Shown: positions 9,642 through 19,350 of the stretch, piece after piece | How the letters are laid out: each line of letters starts with the position of its first letter | Position numbering within the stretch: the first letter of the stretch is position 1 | Assembly (NCBI GenBank): GCA_003696075.1 | Contig: RFHH01000137.1 | Location: 1,161-65,160, forward strand | Length of the DNA stretch: 64,000 bases | Direction: 5' to 3' | Origin: Acidobacteriota bacterium | GTDB taxonomy: Bacteria > Acidobacteriota > Polarisedimenticolia > J045 | Position numbers and translations under genes: made by a program | Notes under the pieces: generated by a model | The model's input: the letters and a program-made list of their open reading frames with translations, nothing else | Databases searched by the model: none | Told to the model about the DNA's origin: nothing

Positions 9642-10028
9642 ATGCCGCGGCCGGAGGATTGCCGTTTCACCGAGTCTCACGAGTGGGCTTGCCTCGAGGG
9701 CGATTGCGTTACCGTCGGGATCACCGACTTCGCCCAGGACGAACTCGGTGACATCGTGTACGTGGAGCTGCCGGAGCCCGGGCGGAAGGTCGCCAAGGGA
9801 GAGGAACTCGGGACCATCGAGTCCGTCAAGGCGGTGGCGGAGATCTTCGCGCCGATCGACGGCGAGGTGACCGAAGTGAACGGCGCGCTCGCCGATGCAC
9901 CGGAGCAGGTCAACAAGGATCCCTTCGGAGCGGGCTGGCTGGTGAAGCTCAGGCCGGCGGACCCGGCGCAGCTCGAGGCGCTGATGGACCACGCCGCCTA
10001 CAAGCGGTTCCTCGAGACGAGCGCGTGA
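9642..10028 (+). CDS. gcvH: Glycine cleavage system H protein
   Basis: FTESHEW...[23 protein letters not shown] with the lipoyl-lysine motif IESVKAV. Start is the ATG at 9642 (or the GTG at 9636). Confidence 0.92.
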   Translation: MPRPEDCRFTESHEWACLEGDCVTVGITDFAQDELGDIVYVELPEPGRKVAKGEELGTIESVKAVAEIFAPIDGEVTEVNGALADAPEQVNKDPFGAGWLVKLRPADPAQLEALMDHAAYKRFLETSA

Positions 10029-10062
10029 GACGCCGGCGCGCCGCCGGCAGGTGAGGATCGGT

Positions 10063-12948
10063 ATGAACGACGGAGAGCACGCCCGCCGCCCCGGGGCGGA
10101 GCGAGGCTTCGCGGCCCGCCACATCGGCCCGCGCCCCTCCGATGTCGAGGCCATGCTCCGCGAGGTCGGCGCCGACAGCCTCGAGCAGCTCGTGGCCGAG
10201 ACGATTCCCGGTCCGATCCGACTCCGCCGGGATCTCGATCTCCCGGCGGCCCGCAGCGAAGCCGATGTGCTCGCCGAACTTCGCGAGCTCGCCGGCCGGA
10301 ACCGCTGCCTCCGCCCGTTCATCGGGCTCGGTTACCACGAGTGCATCACGCCCGCCGTCATCAGGCGGAACGTGCTCGAGAACCCCCAGTGGTACACCGC
10401 CTACACCCCGTACCAGCCCGAGATCTCGCAGGGGCGGCTCGAAGCGCTGCTCGTGTTCCAGACGATGGTGCAGGACCTCACCGGGCTCGACATCGCCAAC
10501 GCGTCGCTGCTCGACGAGGCCAGCGCCGCGGCGGAGGCGGTCACGCTGTGCCGGCGGGTGTCGGGCCGCGACGGCCGCGACCGGTTTCTCGTGTCGTCGC
10601 GCTGCCACCCCCACGTGATCGCGGTGGTCGAAACACGCGCCGAGCCGCTGGGGATCGAGATCGCGGTGCTCGACGACGAAGAGATGGATCCCGGCCCCCG
10701 GGATCTCGGGATCCTCATCGCTTACCCCGATACCTTCGGGGCGATGAGGAGCGGACGCGAGCTGTGCCGGCGGATCCACGACGCGGGCGGACTGGCGGTC
10801 GTGCACTGCGATCTCCTGGCGCTGACGCTCTTCGAGCCGCCGGGCGCCTGGGGGGCGGACGTCGCCGTCGGGAGCACGCAGAGGTTCGGCCTTCCGATCG
10901 GCTACGGCGGCCCCTACGCCGCCTTCATGGCGGTGAGGGACGACCTCAAGCGCCAGCTCCCGGGCCGTCTCGTCGGCGTGTCGCGGGACGCCACCGGGAG
11001 GCCCGCGCTGCGTCTCGCGCTCCAGACGCGCGAACAGCACATCCGGCGCGACCGGGCGACGAGCAACATCTGCACCGCGCAGGTCCTTCCGGCGGTGATG
11101 GCCGCGATGTACGCCGTCTACCACGGACCGGAAGGCCTGGCAGGGATCGCGGCGCGGATCCGGCGCTGGACCCTCGCGCTGCGCCGGGTTCTCGAGGACC
11201 TCGGCTACGACACGGGGAGGGAGGAGGTCTTCGACACCCTCACCGTGCGGCGCGGGCCGCTCGATGCCGCCGAGATCGTCGATCGCGCGCGGCGGAAGGG
11301 ATACGCGTTGCGCCGGCACGCGAACGGCGCCGTCGGCGTGGCGCTGGGCGAGCCGGTGGGAGCGGCGGATGTTGCCGCACTGGCCGAGGCGTTCGGCGGC
11401 GCGGGGGGCGCCGCCGCGGTGGAGAGCGCGGCGCGGGACAGCGGCAGCGAGCCGCCGGAGGAGCTGCGGCGCACCACGGGTTTCCTCGAGCACCCCGTGT
11501 TCCACCGGCACCGGTCGGAAACGGCGATGATGCGCTATCTCCAGGGACTCGCATCCCGCGACCTCACGCTCGCATCGTCGATGATCCCGCTGGGGTCGTG
11601 CACCATGAAGCTGAACGCTGCGGCGGAGATGCTCCCGATCACCGAACCGGGCTTCAGCGCGCCGCACCCGTTCGCCCCGCCGGAGGACGCTGCGGGGTAC
11701 CGCTCGCTGCTCGACCGCCTCGGCTCGTGGCTGCTCGAGATCACCGGACACGACGCGATCTCCTTCATGCCCAATTCCGGAGCCCAGGGGGAGTACACCG
11801 GCCTTCTCGTCATCCGCGCCTGGCACCGGTCCCGGGGGGAGGCGCACCGGAACGTCTGCCTGATTCCGCGATCGGCGCACGGGACGAACCCGGCGAGCGC
11901 GGTGCTCGCCGGCATGCGGGTCGTGGTGGTCGAGTGCGACCGGGACGGCGACATCGATCTCGCCGATCTCGAGAAGAAGATCGAGGCCCACGCCGGCGAG
12001 CTTGCCGCCTTGATGGTGACCTATCCGTCGACGCACGGGGTCTTCGAGGAGGAGATCGCCTCCATCTGCAGCAAGGTCCACGAAGCCGGAGGCCTCGTCC
12101 ACCTGGACGGGGCGAACATGAACGCCATGGTCGGCCTCTGCCGGCCGGGTGACATCGGCGCCGATGTCTGCCACCTCAACCTCCACAAGACGTTCTGCAT
12201 CCCCCACGGAGGCGGGGGGCCGGGGATGGGGCCGATCACGGTCTCGTCGCGGCTGGCGCCGTTCCTGCCCACACACCCGCTCGTTCGCGGCGGCGGCGAG
12301 CAGGGGATCGGACCGATCGCCGCCGCACCGTACGGCAGTCCGAGCATCCTCCCGATTTCGTATGCCTACATCGCGATGATGGGGCCGGACGGGCTCAGGA
12401 AGGCCAGCGAGATCGCGGTCCTCAACGCGAACTACGTCGCCCGGCGACTCGAGCCCCACTATCCCGTCGTGTACCGCGGCAAGCGCGGGCGGGTGGCCCA
12501 CGAGTGCATCGTCGATCTCCGGCCGCTGAAACGGTCGGCCGGGATCGACGTGGAGGACGTGGCCAAGCGCCTGATGGACTATGGCTTCCACGCACCGACG
12601 ATGTCCTGGCCCGTCCCGGGCACGCTGATGATCGAGCCGACGGAGAGCGAGCCGAAGGAGGAGCTGGACCGCTTCTGCGAGGCGATGATCGCCATTCGGG
12701 AGGAGATCCGGGAGATCGAGCGGGGCGAAGCCGACCCGAACGACAATCTGCTGAAGAACGCGCCGCACACCGCCGAGGCCGTCGCGGCCGAGCGTTGGAC
12801 TCACCCGTACTCGCGGGAGCGGGCGGCTTTCCCGAAGCCGTGGGTGCGAGAACGGAAGTTCTGGCCCCCGGTGGGCCGCATCGACAACGCTTGGGGAGAT
12901 CGGCATCTCTTCTGTTCGTGCCCGCCGATCGAGCAGTTCGCGGGCTGA
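10063..12948 (+). CDS. gcvP: Glycine dehydrogenase (decarboxylating), single-chain P protein
   Basis: About 960 aa. Carries [26 protein letters not shown] and the PLP-lysine region [20 protein letters not shown]. Start is the ATG at 10063 or 10051. Confidence 0.93.
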   Translation: MNDGEHARRPGAERGFAARHIGPRPSDVEAMLREVGADSLEQLVAETIPGPIRLRRDLDLPAARSEADVLAELRELAGRNRCLRPFIGLGYHECITPAVIRRNVLENPQWYTAYTPYQPEISQGRLEALLVFQTMVQDLTGLDIANASLLDEASAAAEAVTLCRRVSGRDGRDRFLVSSRCHPHVIAVVETRAEPLGIEIAVLDDEEMDPGPRDLGILIAYPDTFGAMRSGRELCRRIHDAGGLAVVHCDLLALTLFEPPGAWGADVAVGSTQRFGLPIGYGGPYAAFMAVRDDLKRQLPGRLVGVSRDATGRPALRLALQTREQHIRRDRATSNICTAQVLPAVMAAMYAVYHGPEGLAGIAARIRRWTLALRRVLEDLGYDTGREEVFDTLTVRRGPLDAAEIVDRARRKGYALRRHANGAVGVALGEPVGAADVAALAEAFGGAGGAAAVESAARDSGSEPPEELRRTTGFLEHPVFHRHRSETAMMRYLQGLASRDLTLASSMIPLGSCTMKLNAAAEMLPITEPGFSAPHPFAPPEDAAGYRSLLDRLGSWLLEITGHDAISFMPNSGAQGEYTGLLVIRAWHRSRGEAHRNVCLIPRSAHGTNPASAVLAGMRVVVVECDRDGDIDLADLEKKIEAHAGELAALMVTYPSTHGVFEEEIASICSKVHEAGGLVHLDGANMNAMVGLCRPGDIGADVCHLNLHKTFCIPHGGGGPGMGPITVSSRLAPFLPTHPLVRGGGEQGIGPIAAAPYGSPSILPISYAYIAMMGPDGLRKASEIAVLNANYVARRLEPHYPVVYRGKRGRVAHECIVDLRPLKRSAGIDVEDVAKRLMDYGFHAPTMSWPVPGTLMIEPTESEPKEELDRFCEAMIAIREEIREIERGEADPNDNLLKNAPHTAEAVAAERWTHPYSRERAAFPKPWVRERKFWPPVGRIDNAWGDRHLFCSCPPIEQFAG

Positions 12949-13313
12949 AGCCGGGCGAAGGGCACCCTCGCGGGTGGTTGCGCCCGACCTCCGCGGGCAC
13001 GATTCGCCTCCGGATCGCTGCGGCGGCGGGGTTCTCCCCGAGCGGGAGCGGGCCCGGGGCGACCGGCCCCACCTGCCGAGCCGGGGCGCAGCGGGCCTCG
13101 AAGCGGCGGGCGGCCCCCCGCGACGGCGGGAGAAGCGAGGCCCCGCTCGGGGAAGCAGGCCGGCAGGAGGGCGGGAAGCGGGGTGTGCCGCCGGACGGTC
13201 GGCCGGCGCGCGCGTCCTCGGAGGGAAGGCCGGGCGGAACGTCCCCGGGCCGGACGTTCGCCGGGTGCGATGCCGCGCCGTCGGGGCGGCCCCTTCCGTG
13301 CGGGGGGAGCCGC

Positions 13314-13919
13314 TCAGCGCCGGGACGTCGACCGGAAGGGAGGAGGCGGCCGCCGGGCCGACCGAAACAGGTCGCGGACGACTTCCAGCGGGAGTCCGAT
13401 CACGTTGCTGACCGAGCCCCGCACCTCGGCGACGAACCAGGCCGCCGCCCCCTGGATCGCGTAGGCGCCCGCCTTGTCGTAGGGCTCCGCCGTCGCGGTG
13501 TACCCGTCGATCTCGGCTCTCGTGAGCCGGGCGAAGCGCACCCGGCTGCAGGCGAGCCCTTCGTGCAGGTGCCCCTCGGCGGTCAGGAGCGTCACGCCGG
13601 TCACGACCCGGTGCCAGCGCCCCGAAAGAGCGCGCAGCATCCTCCGGGCCTCCTCGCGGCCTGCCGGCTTTCCGAGGACCGATCCGTCCACGAGGACGAG
13701 GGTGTCGGCGGCGAGCACGTCGCAGCCCGGCCACCGCGCGGCCGCGGCCAGAGCCTTGGCCCTGGCGAGCCTTCGCGCGGCCGCTCGGCCGCTCTCGCGG
13801 GGCCGCAGGTTTTCGTCGACCGAAACCGACGCCGTCCGGAACGTCAACCCGACGCGGCGCAGCAGTTCGCGGCGGCGCGGCGAGCGCGATGCGAGGACGA
13901 GAGGGGGAACGGGGCGCAC
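13314..13919 (-). CDS. maf: Maf-like nucleoside triphosphate pyrophosphatase
   Basis: LVLASRSPRRRELL N-terminus, plus the DTLV and GLPL motifs. Confidence 0.85.
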   Translation of the reverse strand: MRPVPPLVLASRSPRRRELLRRVGLTFRTASVSVDENLRPRESGRAAARRLARAKALAAAARWPGCDVLAADTLVLVDGSVLGKPAGREEARRMLRALSGRWHRVVTGVTLLTAEGHLHEGLACSRVRFARLTRAEIDGYTATAEPYDKAGAYAIQGAAAWFVAEVRGSVSNVIGLPLEVVRDLFRSARRPPPPFRSTSRR

Positions 13920-13977
13920 GGGATCCTCCAGCGACCGGCGCTTTGCGCCCGGATGGGGCGGGCTCTATTCTGCCCCC

Positions 13978-15387
13978 GTGCCGAATCGACGGAAGGGACG
14001 GCGGTTGTCGAAACGGAGGCGGGCACCGGGCATTCCGGTGCGGAGCGCCCTCGCCTCCCTCGCCGCGACGGCGGCTGTGTTCGTCGCGGCCGACGCGCGC
14101 GGGGCCCCGCGACCCGATCTGATCATCCTGGCCACCGGCAACGTCGTCGGCTATGTCGACGAGTGCGGTTGTCCCCGCGCCCCCATGGGGGGGCTGGACA
14201 AGCGCGGCGGTTACGTCTCGGCGCTGCGGCGCGCGTGGGGGGGCGTGCCGTTCCTCCTGCTCGACGCCGGGAACTTCGCCGACATCCCGGGGCCCGGCGG
14301 CGACGTGAAGACCCGCGGCATCGTGACGGGAATGAATCTCCTCGACTACGCCGCGTCGGGGGTGGGGGAGCGGGACCTCGCTTCCGGTGTCGAGCACTTC
14401 CGCGCCGTCACCTCGGAAGCCGACTTCCCGTTCCTCTCGGCGAACTTGGTCCGCGAGGAGGACGGCCGGACGTGGATCGACCCGGGGCGGCTGTTCCGCC
14501 GGGGGGAACTCCAGGTGGCGGTCACCGCGGTGACGCGCCACAACCCGCTGCTGCGCCTCAAGCTGCCTGACGGCGGGCACGTGGTGACGCGCGACCCGGC
14601 AGAGGCGCTCGCCGAGGAGGTTCCGCGGCTGCGCGGCAGGGCGGACATGGTCGTCCTTCTCGCCCTGCTTCCCCTCGAGGAGACCCGCCGGCTCGTGGAG
14701 GCCGTTCCCGGGATCGACGTGGTGGTGGGAGCCTACGGGGACCGCCTGACGGCCGACCCCGTCCGCGTCGGGCGCACACTCGTGCTCTACACCGGGGACC
14801 AGGGCAAGCACCTGGCGGAGATCCACGTCTTCCGGGAGCCCGACGGGCGGCTGCGGTTCGATGGCCGGACGATCGGGCTGACGCGCGCGATCGCCCCGGA
14901 TCCGACGCTGGAAGAGCACATGGTCTCCGTTCTCGCGGAGGCCCAGGAGGCGGAGAGGATGCGGCTGACGGCCCTCCCCTCCAACGGTGGCGAGGGGAGG
15001 GTCGGCAGCGGCGGATACCTGGGCAGCGGAGCTTGCACGCCATGCCACGCCGAGATCGTCGAGTCCTGGTCCCGAACGGCCCACGCCGCCGCCTTCCGGA
15101 ATCTCCTCGCGCGGGCGGGCAGGGCCCACCCGAACTGCGTGGCCTGCCATAGCACCGGTTACGGGCGCCCGGGCGGTTTCGTGGATCGGGAGATGACGCC
15201 TCACCTGGCCGAGGTGGGCTGCGAGGCCTGCCACGGACCGGCGGCCGGACATGTCGCGCGCCCCGCCCAGCCGTACGGAAAGGTGACGCTGCCCACCTGC
15301 ACCGCGTGCCACACGGCCGAACAGGATCCCTCTTTCAACTTTTACGAGGCGAGGCACCTCGTGGACCACGGCGCCTCCGGGCGCTGA
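13978..15387 (+). CDS. Secreted fusion protein: catalytically degenerate 5'-nucleotidase/metallophosphatase-like N-domain + C-terminal tetrahaem cytochrome c domain
   Basis: Signal peptide, then a UshA-like fold (LLLDAGNF, MNLLDYAASGVGERDL, FPFLSANL) whose metal ligands are replaced (HTNDxHG becomes ATGNVVG; GNHEFD becomes GERDLA). Four CxxCH motifs follow (CTPCH, CVACH, CEACH, CTACH). GTG start at 13978. Confidence 0.7.
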   Translation: MPNRRKGRRLSKRRRAPGIPVRSALASLAATAAVFVAADARGAPRPDLIILATGNVVGYVDECGCPRAPMGGLDKRGGYVSALRRAWGGVPFLLLDAGNFADIPGPGGDVKTRGIVTGMNLLDYAASGVGERDLASGVEHFRAVTSEADFPFLSANLVREEDGRTWIDPGRLFRRGELQVAVTAVTRHNPLLRLKLPDGGHVVTRDPAEALAEEVPRLRGRADMVVLLALLPLEETRRLVEAVPGIDVVVGAYGDRLTADPVRVGRTLVLYTGDQGKHLAEIHVFREPDGRLRFDGRTIGLTRAIAPDPTLEEHMVSVLAEAQEAERMRLTALPSNGGEGRVGSGGYLGSGACTPCHAEIVESWSRTAHAAAFRNLLARAGRAHPNCVACHSTGYGRPGGFVDREMTPHLAEVGCEACHGPAAGHVARPAQPYGKVTLPTCTACHTAEQDPSFNFYEARHLVDHGASGR

Positions 15388-15580
15388 GGAGTCCTGAGAA
15401 CGCTGCGCCCGACCCCGGGATCGACCCTTCTCCCCGGCGCGGCCGCGCCGAGCCGAAACGCCGGATTCGAGGGAGCCGCGCGCCGGCTCCCGGCGCCCTG
15501 TCGGGCGGGCCGGGCGCGTGCGGGCGCGGTGCGACGCCCGTCCGCGGGTCGACGGGCCCGGCCCGGCGCAGTTGGCCCGG

Positions 15581-15618
15581 GGAAAAAAACGGCCCGCCGG
15601 CTGGGGAACCGGCGGGCC
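15581..15618 (-). terminator. Rho-independent terminator for the minus-strand sigma-region-4 gene
   Basis: On the minus strand: GGCCCGCCGG-TTCCCCAG-CCGGCGGGCC (10-bp GC stem) followed by GTTTTTTTCC. Confidence 0.7.
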
Positions 15619-15703
15619 AGGGGGTGCGATTGGGAGGAGGTCGGTTGGGAGGGGAGGGTTTCTCCTCCCGGGGGCCTCGCGAAAGGCCCCTGGGTGCTGG
15701 AGG

Positions 15704-16150
15704 TCAGGTCAGAGAAAACTGGAGCTGCTGGCGCAAGGAGCCGAGGCGCTCGCGCAGCTTCATCTTGGCCTCTTTCTCGAGTTGCCGGACGCGCTCGCGG
15801 GACAGGCCCAGGATCTTGCCGATCTCCTCGAGCGTCATCTCGTCATTGCCCATGACTCCGAAGCGCTTCAGGAGGATCAGCCGCTCCCGCTCGGGGAGTT
15901 CCTCCAGAGCCTGGCGGGTGATCTCCACCAGCTCCTTCTTGTACAGGCTGTCCTCCGGCCGCGCCGTCCCGGAGTCCTCCATGAGCTGGGACAGCCGGGT
16001 CTCGCCGTCGTGGTCGACGAAGTCGTCCAGGGACTTCTCTTTCAGCAGCCAGGGAATCCACATCGTCGTCGTGTCCTCGGGTCGCTTGCCGCCCCGGCCT
16101 TGTGCAATCCGGGTGCCAGCCCCCGGGGCCCGATTTTCAAGGGTTTTCAT
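15704..16150 (-). CDS. Small stand-alone sigma-70 region 4 (HTH) domain protein; lacks region 2
   Basis: 148 aa. The C-terminus LEELPERERLILLKRFGVMGNDEMTLEEIGKILGLSRERVRQLEKEAKMKLR is RpoD-type region 4.2. No region 2 or 3 is present. GGTGGAG RBS upstream; an alternative ATG lies at 16213. Confidence 0.7.
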   Translation of the reverse strand: MKTLENRAPGAGTRIAQGRGGKRPEDTTTMWIPWLLKEKSLDDFVDHDGETRLSQLMEDSGTARPEDSLYKKELVEITRQALEELPERERLILLKRFGVMGNDEMTLEEIGKILGLSRERVRQLEKEAKMKLRERLGSLRQQLQFSLT

Positions 16151-16230
16151 CGCTCCACCCGCGTCAATTTGGCGCGGCCCGCCGAGTTGGCACGGTCGGC
16201 AGGCCGATGCCACCTCTAACGTACAAACGA

Positions 16231-16259
16231 ATTATACGGCGACTGTTTGACGATGTCCA
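16231..16259 (-). promoter_or_regulatory. Consensus sigma-70-type promoter (-35 TGGACA, 17 nt, -10 TATAAT) upstream of the sigma-region-4 gene
   Basis: Minus-strand reading: TGGACA-tcgtcaaacagtcgccg-TATAAT, in an AT-rich patch within otherwise ~75% GC DNA. Confidence 0.6.
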
Positions 16260-16824
16260 CCCGTTCCCGCGTGGGTCCGGCCCCTCTCCGGCCGGCGGCG
16301 GCGGACCGCTCGCGACGCCCCCCGGCGAGACGCCTTCGGCCCCGGCCGGTCGGCCGGCACCTCCCCGAAGGTACGAAGCTCCGCCCAACTCGCCGGGTGC
16401 CGGGAAGCTGCCTCCGCGGGCCGGCGCCGGATGGGGGGAGGCCGGGAAGCTCTCCGCGATTCACCGAGCCGGGTTCGCCAACGAGGGTGCACCGCACGGA
16501 GGCCGGGCCGACGGCAGCGCGGGCCCGGAGAGCCGCGCGAGCCCCGAGGCGCGACGGTTTCCGCGCCGGCGCGAGCCGTGGCCGTGGGGTCCGTGGGGCT
16601 CCCGGGCGGCGTCCCGGGACTCCACTCGGGGACCGGTGTCGCGCCCCGCGCGACAGGGGGCGCCGGGCGCGGGCCGGCGAGTCGCCCGGCGCGCGACCCG
16701 GCGGCCGGAGGCGGGAGCGCAGGGTCCCGGCCGGCGCCCCGCCGGTCCCCGGCCCGGCTGGGTGCACCCGCCGGTGAAGACGGGGTAGCCTTCGGGCGAT
16801 CCCTCGCCGGGAGGAGCCAACGCG

Positions 16825-18519
16825 ATGGGCCGGATCCGGGTGCTTCCTCAGACGGTCGCCGACCGCATCGCGGCCGGGGAGGTCGTCGAGCGGCCGGCCT
16901 CGGTCGTCCGGGAACTGCTCGACAACGCTCTCGACGCGGGAGCGCGCCGGATCGAAGTGGACCTCGTCGAGGGAGGGCGCGCGCGCATCGGCGTGGCCGA
17001 CGACGGCTGCGGCATGGACCCCGACGACGCCCTTCTCGCCTTCGAGCGGCACGCCACCAGCAAGATCGCCGCACCGGACGACCTCGGGGCGATCCGTTCG
17101 CTGGGCTTCCGGGGCGAGGCGCTCGCCGCCATCGCGTCGGTGGCCCGGGTCGAACTGGTGACCAGCCCCGGAGAGGGCTCGGAAGGCTGTCGCGTCCTCT
17201 TCGACCACGGACGGCTCGTCGGGCGCGAGCCGGCTGCGCGCGCCCGCGGCACGACGGTGACCGTCGAGCGGCTGTTCGCCAACGTGCCGGCGCGCCTCAA
17301 GTTCCTCAAGAGCGTCGGCACCGAGCTCGAGCACTGCCTGCGGGTCTGCACCCGATCGGCGCTGGCCCATCCCGAGACCGGCTTCCGCGTCCGACATGCG
17401 GGCAAACCGTTGCTCGTGGCCCCGCCGGCCGCGGGAATCAGAGAGCGGATCGGCGATGTCCTCGGGAGCCGCTGGGCGGCCCGGCTCGTCGAAGGCCGGC
17501 TCGCCGACGGCGACCTCCGCGTGCAGGTCTTCGCCGCTCCCGCCGACGTGCATCGGCCGACGCGCGCCGGCTTGCATCTGTTCGTCAACCGGCGGCCGGT
17601 CCGCGATCCGCTGCTCCTCGGGGCCGTTCGCGACGCGTTCGGCCCGTCGCTCCCCTCCGGGCGGTACCCCGTGGCGGTGGTCTACCTCGAGATTCCGCCG
17701 GAACAGGTCGACGTCAACGTGCATCCGACCAAGACCGAGGTTCGCTTCGCCGAACCGAGGCGGGTGAGGGGTGCGGTCGTCGCGGCGTTGCGCGGCGTTC
17801 TCGCGCGGCCGGACGCGCTGCCCCGGCTCGGGCCGCCCTCCGCATCCCCCACCGGGCCGGCGGCTCCTCCCGCAGGGAGCGGAGCCACGCTGTGGGACGC
17901 GAGGGCGGCGGCGCCGGAGCCGCCAGGCGTGGCGGAGCCGCCGGCCGATTCGGTCCGAGCCCTCGCCCAGTTCCGCGACTGCTACATCGTCGCCGAGGAC
18001 GCCGAAGGCCTTCTCGTCGTCGACCAGCACGTCGCGCACGAGCGGCTCCTGTACGAGCGTCTGCTGCGCGACGCCGCGTCCGGCCCGCTGCCCCGCCAGG
18101 TGCTTCTCTTTCCGCCGACGGTGGAGCTCGGACCGGAGGAGGGGGAGCTGGTCGAGCGCCACGCCGGCACGCTGCAGCGGATCGGCTTCCGGATCGAGCC
18201 GTTCGGCGACCGGACGGTGGTGATCCGCGAGGCGCCGCAGATCCTCGGAAGCCGTCCGGTCGAGGGGCCGTTGAGGGAAGTCCTCGCCGCGTTGGGTCGC
18301 GGGGACGGGGTGGGGGCCGAGCAGCTCGTGCCGCGGCTTCTGGCCACCATCGCCTGCCATGCGGCGGTGAAGAAGGGTATGCCGCTGACGCGGGAGAAGA
18401 TGGACTACCTGTTGCGAGGCCTGCGCTGCTGCGAGGTCCCGGCTCACTGCCCCCACGGACGGGCCATTTCGATCCGGATCGAACTGGATCGGCTCGAAAG
18501 GGCCTTCGGCCGGACCTGA
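16825..18519 (+). CDS. mutL: DNA mismatch repair protein MutL
   Basis: GHKL ATPase N-terminus (IAAGEVVERPASVVRELLDNALDAGA, DDGCGM, GFRGEAL) and the C-terminal endonuclease-type domain. Confidence 0.9.
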   Translation: MGRIRVLPQTVADRIAAGEVVERPASVVRELLDNALDAGARRIEVDLVEGGRARIGVADDGCGMDPDDALLAFERHATSKIAAPDDLGAIRSLGFRGEALAAIASVARVELVTSPGEGSEGCRVLFDHGRLVGREPAARARGTTVTVERLFANVPARLKFLKSVGTELEHCLRVCTRSALAHPETGFRVRHAGKPLLVAPPAAGIRERIGDVLGSRWAARLVEGRLADGDLRVQVFAAPADVHRPTRAGLHLFVNRRPVRDPLLLGAVRDAFGPSLPSGRYPVAVVYLEIPPEQVDVNVHPTKTEVRFAEPRRVRGAVVAALRGVLARPDALPRLGPPSASPTGPAAPPAGSGATLWDARAAAPEPPGVAEPPADSVRALAQFRDCYIVAEDAEGLLVVDQHVAHERLLYERLLRDAASGPLPRQVLLFPPTVELGPEEGELVERHAGTLQRIGFRIEPFGDRTVVIREAPQILGSRPVEGPLREVLAALGRGDGVGAEQLVPRLLATIACHAAVKKGMPLTREKMDYLLRGLRCCEVPAHCPHGRAISIRIELDRLERAFGRT

Positions 18520-18594
18520 CAAGGGGGTGGACTCGCCTGCCTTTCCGCGGTATACGGACGGGAGCCGGAGGAGAGGGCCCGGGACGAACCGCAC

Positions 18595-19290
18595 ATGACG
18601 CTCAGGAACTCTCCCGCCGATCCGTTCGCCGTCGCAGCCGCGCGCCTGATCGCAGCGCTGATGGCGCTCGCCTTGGCCGCGGTCCCCGCGGCCGCATCCG
18701 GCCGCCTTGTCGTCTTCAAGGACTCCCGGACGATGAGGGTTCTCGCCGCCCGCCGTGCCGGCGCGGTCGTCGAGCTCGACCTGGGCGGCGGCAACCGCCT
18801 CCAGGTTCCCGCCTCGCGGATCGCGGAGATCCGCGGTCCCTCGCGCCCGAATTCCGGGGACCGGCCGGCACCGCCCCCCTGGCGCGTCGAGGCGGGGCCG
18901 TTCGCCGAGACCATCGCGCGGGCCGCCGAGCGGTACCGCCTCGACCCGGAACTCCTCGTGGCCGTGGCGCTGGTCGAGTCGGACCTCGACCCCTTCGCGC
19001 TCAGCGACAAGGGCGCCCAGGGCATCATGCAGATCATGCCGGGCACCGCCCGCGAGATGGGGCTCGACAATGCCTTCGACGCCGCCGCCAACATCGAGGC
19101 AGGGGCGCGCTACCTCCGGCGGATGCTCGACCGCTTCAACGAGGACCTGGACCTGGCCCTGGCGGCCTACAACGCGGGGGAGGGTGCGGTGGAACGCTAC
19201 GGGGGCGTCCCGCCGTACCGGGAGACCCAGGAGTACCTCCGGCGGATCTACCGCCACGTCGAGCGCCTGCGGTCGGAGAGCGGCGCCTGA
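18595..19290 (+). CDS. Secreted lytic transglycosylase (SLT domain)
   Basis: Signal peptide. SLT catalytic region VAVALVESDLDPFALSDKGAQGIMQIMPGTA...AYNAGEGAV with the catalytic Glu in ESD. Confidence 0.85.
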   Translation: MTLRNSPADPFAVAAARLIAALMALALAAVPAAASGRLVVFKDSRTMRVLAARRAGAVVELDLGGGNRLQVPASRIAEIRGPSRPNSGDRPAPPPWRVEAGPFAETIARAAERYRLDPELLVAVALVESDLDPFALSDKGAQGIMQIMPGTAREMGLDNAFDAAANIEAGARYLRRMLDRFNEDLDLALAAYNAGEGAVERYGGVPPYRETQEYLRRIYRHVERLRSESGA

Positions 19291-19299
19291 AGCCGGTTC

Positions 19300-19328
19300 T
19301 TGGTCCGGGCCTGGGGGGCTGATATAAT
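19300..19328 (+). promoter_or_regulatory. Predicted sigma-70 promoter with extended -10 (TTGGTC-17-TGATATAAT) for the yceD-rpmF-plsX-fab operon
   Basis: Perfect TATAAT with an upstream TG and a GC-rich discriminator (CCCCGCC), about 22 nt before the yceD ATG. Confidence 0.55.
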
Positions 19329-19350
19329 CCCCGCCCCCCGAGAGACATCG

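Noticed and set aside
12949-13313. 365-bp convergent gap between gcvP and maf; looked for a hidden gene or bidirectional terminator
   Set aside because: Only RG-rich spurious ORFs, and no hairpin followed by a T-tract. It is left unannotated.
9949-15369. 1806-aa minus-strand ORF, plus similar giants at 16216-20130 (-), 28153-31101 (-), 43798-47370 (-), 54980-57817 (-), 62476-63993 (-) and 769-2418 (-)
   Set aside because: These are antisense to strongly supported genes (gcvP, mutL, ptsI, the TPR protein, lptB/rpoN, valS). Their translations are low-complexity Arg/Gly/Pro/Ala-rich strings with no motifs. At ~70% GC, stop codons are rare on the antisense strand.
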